Below, one piece after another: positions 29,599 to 37,838 of a stretch of 64,000 nucleotides of DNA. The notes beneath the pieces were generated by a model. It searched no databases. It worked only from the letters and a program-made list of their open reading frames with translations, and was not told where the DNA came from. Positions within the stretch are counted from its first letter, which is position 1; each line of letters starts with the position of its first letter. The position numbers and the translations under genes were made by a program. Where the stretch lies: positions 384,001-448,000 of the forward strand of contig CAWIPH010000002.1 in NCBI GenBank assembly GCA_963837955.1, given 5' to 3'. The stretch is from an uncultured Verrucomicrobiae bacterium. Lineage in GTDB: Bacteria > Verrucomicrobiota > Verrucomicrobiia > Chthoniobacterales > JAFAMB01.

Positions 29599-30807
29599 CT
29601 AGGCCGTTTTCAACAGTTCCGCGAGCAGTTGTTTTTTGATCCCGAAGTGCTCCTGAAACTCCTTTGCCCGCTGCAGCAGCTCCTGGCGGTCGGAGTTTTT
29701 TGCTGACTTGGTCGCGATCATCAGGAGATTCCTCGCGGTATGCTCAGGGTCGACAAATTCTTGGAGACGTGTCGTATAGCCGTAGGCTTCCAAGTACAAA
29801 CAACGGAGCGAATCGGTAACCGCTTCGGTCATTCGATCGAGCTGAATTCCGTAACGGAAGAGCGGTTCGAAGCCAACCGGAGATTTCAGCTGCGGACGCA
29901 ACTCATGCTGACAACAAGGCGAAACAACGATCCAACGACATCCGGCTTGGATGCCCCGAAAGATTGCTTCGTCCGTAGCAGTATCGCAGGCGTGCAAAGC
30001 CACGAGCAAATCGACCGGCTCTAAGACGCTCTCCGAGATCTCGCCTTGTCGAAACTTAATCCCGGTATATCGCAAATCTTGAGCGATGGCGTTAGCGGCG
30101 TCAGTGAGTGCGGCTCTCCGCTCAATCCCAGTGGTTTGCACCTGTAGGCCCCGCTCCTGGAGATAGCGATGCAAAGCAAAGGTCAAATACCCTTTGCCGC
30201 AAGCCATATCAACGATACGAACCTGCTGTCCGGTAGGAGCGGATTGCAGCAGGGGTGCCACATTTTCGACAAACTGATGCACTTGGCGATACTTGTCTCC
30301 CATTTGCGCTCGAGGCCTGCCTTCCAAGTCAAGGATTTCCAGAGATTGGAGAAAACGTTCATCCTGCAACAATCGTTTCTTTGCCCGGTCGTGGTCGAGT
30401 GATCGGGCGGCTTCCGAACGATCGAGATCGGTTTCAGCTGAGCAATGTAGACGCGGCTTTCCTCGTCGATTGAATAGCAGCTGATAACGTTTGTCCGATG
30501 TAAAAAGCGAAGCCGCAAGACATGCTTGGCCCAGCCAGGTCCGAATCAAACCAAGGGCTTCAGGAACAGGGTGATTCTTGGTGACATCGTTGGTCTGGTA
30601 GCGATGAACGAAGCTGAGTCGTTTCCCTTCACTTACCTGGACCAGACGCACGTAAACATGTTCCGCGTCGGATAGTTCGCCGCGGAGTTTACCAAGTGTC
30701 AGTTTCCGAAAATTCTCTGTGGCCAGACTCTTTTGGAGCTCTTCCAGGAATTGATTCACCGCGTTCACGTCCACACCGACATGTTTCAAACGATTTCGAC
30801 CGGGCAC
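29599..30807 (-). CDS. SAM-dependent methyltransferase
   Basis: IVDMACGKGYLTF, ALHACDTATD, PCC motifs; start uncertain. Confidence 0.9.
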   Translation of the reverse strand: MPGRNRLKHVGVDVNAVNQFLEELQKSLATENFRKLTLGKLRGELSDAEHVYVRLVQVSEGKRLSFVHRYQTNDVTKNHPVPEALGLIRTWLGQACLAASLFTSDKRYQLLFNRRGKPRLHCSAETDLDRSEAARSLDHDRAKKRLLQDERFLQSLEILDLEGRPRAQMGDKYRQVHQFVENVAPLLQSAPTGQQVRIVDMACGKGYLTFALHRYLQERGLQVQTTGIERRAALTDAANAIAQDLRYTGIKFRQGEISESVLEPVDLLVALHACDTATDEAIFRGIQAGCRWIVVSPCCQHELRPQLKSPVGFEPLFRYGIQLDRMTEAVTDSLRCLYLEAYGYTTRLQEFVDPEHTARNLLMIATKSAKNSDRQELLQRAKEFQEHFGIKKQLLAELLKTA

Positions 30808-32765
30808 TCTGGTAGCGCTTGCAGAAAGGCGCGGCCGTAAGTTTTGGAAAGTACCCGATTGTCGAGAATGACGACCATCCCTGTATCGGTCTTCGTCCGA
30901 ATGAGCCGGCCAACTCCCTGACGAAACTTGAGAACGGCTTCAGGCAAGGAATACTCGGAGAACGGATCCCCGCCGTTTGCTTCGATGTACTCCAGCCTCG
31001 CCTCGATGAGCGGATGATCTGGGACGGCAAACGGTAAACGGGTGATAATCACATTCGAAAGAGCCTCGCCGGGTACGTCGACCCCGGTCCAGAAACTATC
31101 GGTTCCAAAGAGGACGCCGTCGCTAGCGTTTTTGAACTCATTGAGCATGCGAGTTCGAGAGCGGCCCGGACCCTGCGCGAAAAAGCTGTACCGGCTGCGT
31201 AGGCGACTCTCCATCCGCTCGGCAACGCTCGAAAGAGTCTTGTAACTGGTGAACAAAACAAAGGCGCGGCCTTCGCTCCTCTCCAGAAAATGCCAAATCC
31301 AGTGTTCAAGGGCTTCTTCATATCGCTTGTCGCGCGGATCGGGCATTTTCTCTACGACGAACAACTTCATCTGCCGCTCATAATCGAATGGGCTCCCGAT
31401 TTGCAGGGCTTCAACATCCATAGCTCCTACCCGATTCCGAAAATAGGAGAGGCCGGGATCCCCAACCGAAAGTGTGGCGCTCGTCATGATGCAAAGGCGA
31501 TCTTCCGCGAATAACAAACGCTCCAGTGCGCCAGACATATCGATGGGAGCCGCATTGAGTGACAAGTATTGGCCGGTCTTTCCGGTCCGCTCCACCCAAT
31601 AAACGTGATTCTCCGGAGTCTGGCGGAGAAAGTCGCCGATCCCGAGTCGCGCGTCTCGAATCCGTCTGCCGGCTTCCTGCAGTTCGCTCTTGAGCTTATC
31701 GTCATCCGTTGCCTTCACGCTTGAGATGATGGCCGCCTGCACTCGGGAGAGGGCCATGCTGATGGTGTCGGGCACAAGCTCGGGTTGACGCACGCGAAAC
31801 TCGCGTCCCTTTTGGAAACTGACTGCTCCCTCAACGTGATCGAAAAATCGGTTTGCCATATCAAGCGTTTCCGCAGTCTCCCGGACCGCCTCGCCTTCGC
31901 GAAGCAAGGTGAAGAGCCCTTTTTGAGTTTTCGGGTTGTAGAGCCGGTGCAATGCCTGTCGCAATCCATATTGAGAGATCCCAATCCCGATTTGACGAGC
32001 AGCGACGGATTCGAGGGTGTGCGCCTCGTCAAACACAGCAAAATCATGCGGAAATAAATACCCCGCGGTGCGGCTCTCCGCGTCACCGACACTCTCGAGC
32101 GCGACGAAAAACAGGGTGTGATTCACGACCACGATGTCAGCGGTCAGTAATTTCTTTCGTGCATTTTGATAAAAGCAGCGTCCGTCGTTTCCACAGCTTT
32201 TCGGAGTGCAAATGTGCGGTTCGCTACAGATCTGTAGCCAGAGTTCCGGATCGGGTTCGATGTCGAGGTCGCTTAATGTCCCTTCCGTCGTTCTTTGGCT
32301 CCAGGCTTTGATCCGCAGCAATTCCTCCCGGTCGGTCGAGGTAAAGAGATCTTCGCCGCCCTGGAGAGCGCGTTCGAGACGATTCGGACAGAGATAATTT
32401 TGTCGTCCTTTGAGCAGAGTTGCTTCGAACGGTTGTTTGATGGCTGTCCGTGCGGCCGGAATGTCTTTCTGCAAGAGTTGCTCTTGTAGATTGATCGTGT
32501 GGGTTGAGATGATCGCCTTTCGGCGATTTTCTAACGCGAACAAAATGGATGGAACAAGATACGCCAATGATTTGCCGACACCGGTGCCCCCTTCCACCAC
32601 GAGCGACCGTCCGTCAGTCAAGGCGCGGGCAACGGCGGCAGCCATTTGCTGTTGTTGCGGTCGATACTCAAAGGTTTTCTGCGTCGCGAAAGGACCAGTT
32701 TTCCCGAAAATGGTCCGCACCGACTCGGTAAAATCATTGTCAAAATCGTCCCTTAACGCGATCAC
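30786..32765 (-). CDS. dinG: DinG/YoaA-family ATP-dependent helicase
   Basis: Q motif YRPQQ, GTGVGKS, KGRQNYLC with Fe-S cysteines, DEAH, TSAT, LPF, QGVGRLIR. Confidence 0.92.
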   Translation of the reverse strand: MIALRDDFDNDFTESVRTIFGKTGPFATQKTFEYRPQQQQMAAAVARALTDGRSLVVEGGTGVGKSLAYLVPSILFALENRRKAIISTHTINLQEQLLQKDIPAARTAIKQPFEATLLKGRQNYLCPNRLERALQGGEDLFTSTDREELLRIKAWSQRTTEGTLSDLDIEPDPELWLQICSEPHICTPKSCGNDGRCFYQNARKKLLTADIVVVNHTLFFVALESVGDAESRTAGYLFPHDFAVFDEAHTLESVAARQIGIGISQYGLRQALHRLYNPKTQKGLFTLLREGEAVRETAETLDMANRFFDHVEGAVSFQKGREFRVRQPELVPDTISMALSRVQAAIISSVKATDDDKLKSELQEAGRRIRDARLGIGDFLRQTPENHVYWVERTGKTGQYLSLNAAPIDMSGALERLLFAEDRLCIMTSATLSVGDPGLSYFRNRVGAMDVEALQIGSPFDYERQMKLFVVEKMPDPRDKRYEEALEHWIWHFLERSEGRAFVLFTSYKTLSSVAERMESRLRSRYSFFAQGPGRSRTRMLNEFKNASDGVLFGTDSFWTGVDVPGEALSNVIITRLPFAVPDHPLIEARLEYIEANGGDPFSEYSLPEAVLKFRQGVGRLIRTKTDTGMVVILDNRVLSKTYGRAFLQALPECPVEIV

Positions 32766-32952
32766 TATCGGAGAGTGTAGATGAAGGGGAAGCTAGAAGC
32801 TAGAAGACGTGAAACGGAAATCTCGAACACCCGCTACCCACTCCCGATTCGTTAGCCTGCACTTGCAACCTGTAACCCGCACCCAGCAAACTTGTAACCT
32901 CAGATCTGCAACCGTTCGCTGGACTCGCGAGACACTCTGCTTATTTTAGCGC

Positions 32953-34071
32953 GTGTTCGGAATTTTTGATCGCTATCTTCTCAAAAGCTTTCTGGTCCCT
33001 TTCTCTTATTCGCTTTTCGGCATGCTGGGTATTTGGCTGGTTTACGATCTTGGCGTTAACGGCCCCAATTTTGTGGAGGCCCATATTCCGAGTCGCATCA
33101 TTGTACTCTACTACTTCGTTCAATCGCCCTACATGATCGTGAACTTCCTGCCGTTATGCGTCTTGCTCGGCCTGCTGTACGTGTTAACTCGGATGTCGCG
33201 CCGCAACGAGATCATCTCGATGCTGAGCGCCGGACGAAGTGTACCCCGTGTACTTTGGCCCCTTCTACTCTTTGGATTATTCCTCACTGGTCTTGGCACT
33301 TTCCTTAACTTCGAGCTCGCACCCAAAGGGTATTACGCTAACAACTACATGATCGACGAGGTTTCGAAAGGTCACTCCAAGACGACCCAACTCGACGGCC
33401 ATATTTTCGTGAACCGGCGCGAGTATCGGATTTGGTTTGTTCAGCATCTCAACACGAAAACGCAAGACATGCGCGGTATTGAGGTCACTCAACAGGACGC
33501 TAAAGAGACGATCGTTTCGATTGTTTATGCCGATGCGGCTTCCCATGATCGGTCAAATGGTGCCTGGGTTTTTTTCAACGGAAAGATCTCTCAAATCGAC
33601 CCGGAAGGGAACGTGACGGAGGAGGAATTCTTCGACCGCAAAGAGATTCCCGGATGGACCGAAACTCCGTGGCAAATCGGTAGCTCCGCTTTGAAGGGAA
33701 AGATGATGACTGTTCCCGAGCTGCAACGTTATCTAAAAACCAACGCGGATTTTCCGCCCGCGGCATTGGCGGACTATAAGTCTCAACTCTGGTATCGTTT
33801 CGCGCTGCCTTGGAACGCGCTGGTGGTAATCCTAGTGGCGAGTCCGATGTGTGTGGTTTTTTCTCGACGCGGCTCTCTTGGTGGCGTGGCGGGCGGTCTC
33901 CTGCTGTTCATTGCACTGTTTGCGGCAGGCAATATTTGTATGGCTTTGGGAGCGGGAGCCAGGATTTCTCCGATTGCCGCTGCCTGGACTCCGGTCATCC
34001 TATTCTTTGCAGTTGGTCTGTTTCTCATCTTTTTGCGAGCGACCAACCGGCCCATCCCTTTCCTGGGCTAA
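32953..34071 (+). CDS. LptF/LptG family LPS export permease
   Basis: FDRYL start, RRNE...SAG, periplasmic beta-jellyroll, C-terminal AAW.P. Confidence 0.92.
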   Translation: MFGIFDRYLLKSFLVPFSYSLFGMLGIWLVYDLGVNGPNFVEAHIPSRIIVLYYFVQSPYMIVNFLPLCVLLGLLYVLTRMSRRNEIISMLSAGRSVPRVLWPLLLFGLFLTGLGTFLNFELAPKGYYANNYMIDEVSKGHSKTTQLDGHIFVNRREYRIWFVQHLNTKTQDMRGIEVTQQDAKETIVSIVYADAASHDRSNGAWVFFNGKISQIDPEGNVTEEEFFDRKEIPGWTETPWQIGSSALKGKMMTVPELQRYLKTNADFPPAALADYKSQLWYRFALPWNALVVILVASPMCVVFSRRGSLGGVAGGLLLFIALFAAGNICMALGAGARISPIAAAWTPVILFFAVGLFLIFLRATNRPIPFLG

Positions 34072-34076
34072 AGCCA

Positions 34077-34203
34077 ACGGGCTCGGCTTAGCCTCACCCG
34101 ATGACAGATGACAAATTCCAAATGACCAAAGAGAGGGAATACTGGATCACCTTGCTATCTGTCATCTGCCATTTGTCATCGGGCGAGGCTAAGCCGAGCC
34201 CGT
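34077..34203. repeat. Palindromic MITE/REP-like element with heptamer units
   Basis: acgggctcggcttagcctcacccgatgacagatgacaaat ... atctgccatttgtcatcgggcgaggctaagccgagcccgt; long imperfect inverted repeat between convergent genes. Confidence 0.85.
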
Positions 34204-35184
34204 CGTGCGTTGGTGCAGAACCTTGAATGCTGTTCCGGCGCCGCCAGGATCTAACGCAAACCGGGTAGCGGGATTGTCTTGCCGGACATTCTCTGGGTAC
34301 CATCTTTGGATAAACTCCCGTTGGGTGGCGTACCCGATCTCGGTGAAGCCCAGGGCATGACCCCAACGACGCAGATCGTCGAAATTCACATCGGCGGTTA
34401 GGTCTTGTTGCCCGGGTCTCCGATATATCTCCATCCCCTCAAGGCGCTGATGCTGGAAAAAGGCGCGGATCGGGGATGCGTAAATCTCATCGGCGGAACC
34501 GCCGTAATCGATCGTGAGAAGAGCGCCCGTCTGCAGCGAAGACGAAAGCTCTTTCAACCAGGAGAGATAACTCTCGTGAATCTCGACACTTTGACCAATC
34601 GCCGGAGTCCTGGAAAACGCACTGCTCTCCGGATAGACCTGAACCGGCATGGTGAGTTCCAGCCACTGGCCTTCCCGCAACTCAAGCCAGACCTCATGCC
34701 AACCAGTTTTTGTTCGGACAAACCGGCGGCAAGGAAACGCATCAACCAATTCGTTCGAGAAAAGGATCGCTGCGCCACCGGCAGCATTCAGCGCGTCCCC
34801 TACCGAGTCGAACCGTTTGATCCGGCGTAATGATCTCTTTCGGTGTCGGGTGCTAATATCGACGACATAATAACGAATATTTTCCCACGGCCGAAAACGT
34901 TGGAGAATTGAGCGCGCGAGTTGTTCGGTTCCTGAACCTAATTCTATCACCGTGGTACGCGGTAGTCGCAGGGCCTTGGTCTCGGCGCGAATCCAGCGAG
35001 CTAGGGCCCCTCCCAGTGAGTCGTCCAACGTCGCCGAAGTCGAGAAATCGCCGCCGCTACCGATCGTTTGCATCTGTGCCGAGTAATAACCATGGGTCGG
35101 GTGGTAGAGTGCCAATTCCATGAATCTGTCGAATCGGATCTTGCCGCCTTCTGTCTGTACCGCTTCGGCTAACCAGCTGGGCAT
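34189..35184 (-). CDS. SAM-dependent methyltransferase, MidA/NDUFAF7 family
   Basis: FMELALYHP..GYY, GDFSTS, ELGSG, SNELVDAFP, IDYG, QDLTADVNF. Confidence 0.93.
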   Translation of the reverse strand: MPSWLAEAVQTEGGKIRFDRFMELALYHPTHGYYSAQMQTIGSGGDFSTSATLDDSLGGALARWIRAETKALRLPRTTVIELGSGTEQLARSILQRFRPWENIRYYVVDISTRHRKRSLRRIKRFDSVGDALNAAGGAAILFSNELVDAFPCRRFVRTKTGWHEVWLELREGQWLELTMPVQVYPESSAFSRTPAIGQSVEIHESYLSWLKELSSSLQTGALLTIDYGGSADEIYASPIRAFFQHQRLEGMEIYRRPGQQDLTADVNFDDLRRWGHALGFTEIGYATQREFIQRWYPENVRQDNPATRFALDPGGAGTAFKVLHQRTTGSA

Positions 35185-35356
35185 CGGGGCGAGGGTCTCG
35201 AAAGCGATATCATAGCAGCAAAAGAACGCAAAAGATCACGGCCAATTTATGGGCGCTGGCCGGGCCGTTCTACAAGCCTGGGGTGAAAAGGCATCCGTTC
35301 GTTCAGGTTTCCTAACGAGGTCGCGAATACCGAGACTCTTTGCTCCTCGAAACCTC

Positions 35357-36436
35357 TTAGTCGGCGAATTTATGGCGGAATTCCGCGGCGTCTGTAAAAC
35401 GAGTCACAAACTCGGTTAGTAGTTGGATAGAACGCTCGACATCTTGCAGATCGACCGTCTCGACCGTCGAATGCATGTAGCGCATGGGGATAGAAATGAG
35501 GGCACTTGGAATGCCGCGTTTCGATTGGAAAATGAGATCGGTGTCGGTGCCAGTCGTGCGAGAGGAAGCTTCGTGTTGAATTGGAATCTCTAACTCCCCG
35601 GCGACCGTCGCGAGACGCTCGATCACCAGAGGGTGATTGGAACTACCATGGGTAAGCGAAGGGCCCCCTCCCAATTTCACCGAACCATGCTTGTTGCGAT
35701 CGATACCGGGAGAGTCAGTGGCGTGGGTCACGTCGAGAACAATAGCAACACTAGGTTCTAGGCGAAACGCGGCCATGCGCGCGCCGAATCCGCCGATCTC
35801 CTCCTGGACGGTGTTCAGCCCATAGACAGTTGCGTGACACCGGACCTGGAGCGCAGAAAGATTCGCGAAAACCTGGCTGATGATGAAGCCGCCGATACGA
35901 TTGTCGATCGCGCGGCCAACGACTTTTCCGGGCACTAATTCCTCCGCCGAGTCGATATACACCGCGGGATGACCTGTGCGGATCCCGCGTTCTTCGACTT
36001 CTTTTCGGGAACGGACGCCTATGTCCACGAACAGTTGATGAATCTCAGGAATTTTGTCGTCCTCTTTGTCGCGAAGATGAATCGCAGTATTTCCGAAAAC
36101 GCCAAGCACAGGCCCTTTGCTGCCCAAAATCTTGATGCGTTTGCTTCGAGCGATCGCCCGATCGCTTCCGCCAATGCGGTTTAAGTAGATGAATCCTTCG
36201 TCCGTGACGTTTTGGACCATGAACCCAATCTCGTCCGCATGAGCTGCTAGCATCACGGTAAGCGATTCGTCTTCTCCGTTCAGTGTCGCCCAGGCGTTTC
36301 CGTACGCATCGTTGTCCACGGAATCGCTGAACCGGCTCAGATAGTTCAACCAAACTTTCTGACCCTCGCCTTCGAAACCGGTCGGGCTGGGGGTATTGAG
36401 CAGGTGATAGAGGAATTGGAGTGCTTCGCTATTCAT
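35357..36436 (-). CDS. M42 family metallo-aminopeptidase
   Basis: SPTGFE, AHADEIG, AIDNR, VQEEIG, DVTH, RYMHS; likely start MNSEAL at 36436. Confidence 0.93.
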   Translation of the reverse strand: MNSEALQFLYHLLNTPSPTGFEGEGQKVWLNYLSRFSDSVDNDAYGNAWATLNGEDESLTVMLAAHADEIGFMVQNVTDEGFIYLNRIGGSDRAIARSKRIKILGSKGPVLGVFGNTAIHLRDKEDDKIPEIHQLFVDIGVRSRKEVEERGIRTGHPAVYIDSAEELVPGKVVGRAIDNRIGGFIISQVFANLSALQVRCHATVYGLNTVQEEIGGFGARMAAFRLEPSVAIVLDVTHATDSPGIDRNKHGSVKLGGGPSLTHGSSNHPLVIERLATVAGELEIPIQHEASSRTTGTDTDLIFQSKRGIPSALISIPMRYMHSTVETVDLQDVERSIQLLTEFVTRFTDAAEFRHKFAD

Positions 36437-36517
36437 AATCCAAGGAAGAGCCCACTTTACCCGGGATTCGCCTCGGACAAAGTGGAGTTGTACGTTTACG
36501 GGTAGGCACCCCTGATC

Positions 36518-36680
36518 GGTAGGGCGAAAACTTAGGCGCGCCGGGAATGTTGTGATGTCTGTTGCGTCATCAGCGCCGGGTTTGAGCCGGGTGCACGATC
36601 GGAGAAAGCGTCGACCTTTGGGTAAAACCACGACGGCTCAAGCCGCACCGGCGCCTGCCGGTCCAGGCTTTCGCCCTACC
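36518..36680. repeat. Inverted GTAG-type REP pair (REPIN-like)
   Basis: ggtagggcgaaa ... tttcgccctacc; a related cgcccctacc occurs near 21142. Confidence 0.65.
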
Positions 36681-36690
36681 AACGTGGAAT

Positions 36691-37668
36691 TTACTGCGCT
36701 TTTCGCTCTATAAAGAGGCGGCCCTCTCTCCGCCGGCAGAAGTGGTCTTGGGGTAGATTCGTTTTGGCTGGTTTTTCCCGCTCAACTAATTCTCGCACCG
36801 CTTCGATCTCATCGAATCCGACATTCGAAATCCCGAGCTGGCTTAACCACCGATGTATGACTCTTCGTTGTAGAGCTACCGGTAGAACCCGAATCTCGCG
36901 CACCGCAATCGATTTGCGGTCCCAGATCTCCGGAGTGATTTCTTCCAGCAGGTTCGCTTCCTCTCGAGCAATTTGGCTCAGCCGAAACAAATTGCGCTTC
37001 ACTGGACGTCCCAGAATGTTTTCGATTTCTGGAATCAATAGATTGCGGATGCGGTTCCGGGTATGCAGCGACTCCGCATTGGTTGCGTCTTCGCGGAAGC
37101 GCAGGCGATTTCGCTTTGCAAATTCCTGTAGTTCCACTTTCCAAGCGCCGAGCAAAGGCCGTACGACCAAGAGCGACTGTTCATCAACCTGAATAGTGGT
37201 CTCCAGTTCGATCGCAGCGTTTCCCAGCGAACCAGTGCCGCGCAGGATATTGAAAAGAAACGTCTCGACCTGATCGTCGGCATGGTGAGCCAGAAAGATG
37301 TGATTCGTCTGAAATTGTTTGGCTGCGTCGGAGAAGAAACGGTGGCGGGCTAGCCGGGCGGCCGTCTCAATCGAATTTTTTTTTGGCCAAGCTTCAATCG
37401 TTCTGGAAAGGCAGGGAAGCTGGAGCCGTTTAGCTAAACGCTCGACGAACTCGGCATCCTGGCGACTGGCTAACCCGCGAAGATCGTGGTTGAGATGACA
37501 GACCACCAGTTTCGAAAAGTCGAACCGCAGCAAGAGGTCTAGCAGTACGCGGGAATCAAGCCCCCCAGACACTCCGACCAGATAAGTCTGATCGCGCGGA
37601 TAGGCGTCTAACGCCTCGCGGACAGAACTCATCCAGGGAAAGGGTCCGCGTTTCTCGGCAGTCGCCAT
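36691..37668 (-). CDS. tilS: tRNA(Ile)-lysidine synthetase
   Basis: VSGGLDS PP-loop, HLNH.LRG, E..AR..R, AHHADDQVET, RPLL, EDATN...RNRIR. Confidence 0.95.
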   Translation of the reverse strand: MATAEKRGPFPWMSSVREALDAYPRDQTYLVGVSGGLDSRVLLDLLLRFDFSKLVVCHLNHDLRGLASRQDAEFVERLAKRLQLPCLSRTIEAWPKKNSIETAARLARHRFFSDAAKQFQTNHIFLAHHADDQVETFLFNILRGTGSLGNAAIELETTIQVDEQSLLVVRPLLGAWKVELQEFAKRNRLRFREDATNAESLHTRNRIRNLLIPEIENILGRPVKRNLFRLSQIAREEANLLEEITPEIWDRKSIAVREIRVLPVALQRRVIHRWLSQLGISNVGFDEIEAVRELVEREKPAKTNLPQDHFCRRREGRLFIERKAQ

Positions 37669-37730
37669 TACTCAATACTGGAAAGAATAATGCCGGATCG
37701 GAACGCCGACAATGCTGGGAACGCCGGCTG

Positions 37731-37775
37731 GTCCGACGAAGCCTGCCGGAGTTTCAACGACGGCGCGAAGTTGGA
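37731..37775. repeat. gtccgacgaagc...gcgaagtYgga repeat family, copy A
   Basis: Same arms at 50062-50115 and 54631-54686. Confidence 0.6.
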
Positions 37776-37785
37776 GAACGCCGGG

Positions 37786-37825
37786 AACGCCAAACGCCAA
37801 ACGCCAAACGCCAAACGCCAAACGC
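37786..37825. repeat. Heptamer tandem repeat (AACGCCA)x5 plus a partial unit
   Basis: Direct reading; intergenic between treY and tilS. Confidence 0.95.
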
Positions 37826-37838
37826 GCCGATACGACGG

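Noticed and set aside
36437..36631. N-terminal extension of the M42 ORF in the track
   Set aside because: It reads through a REP pair; family similarity starts at MNSEAL.
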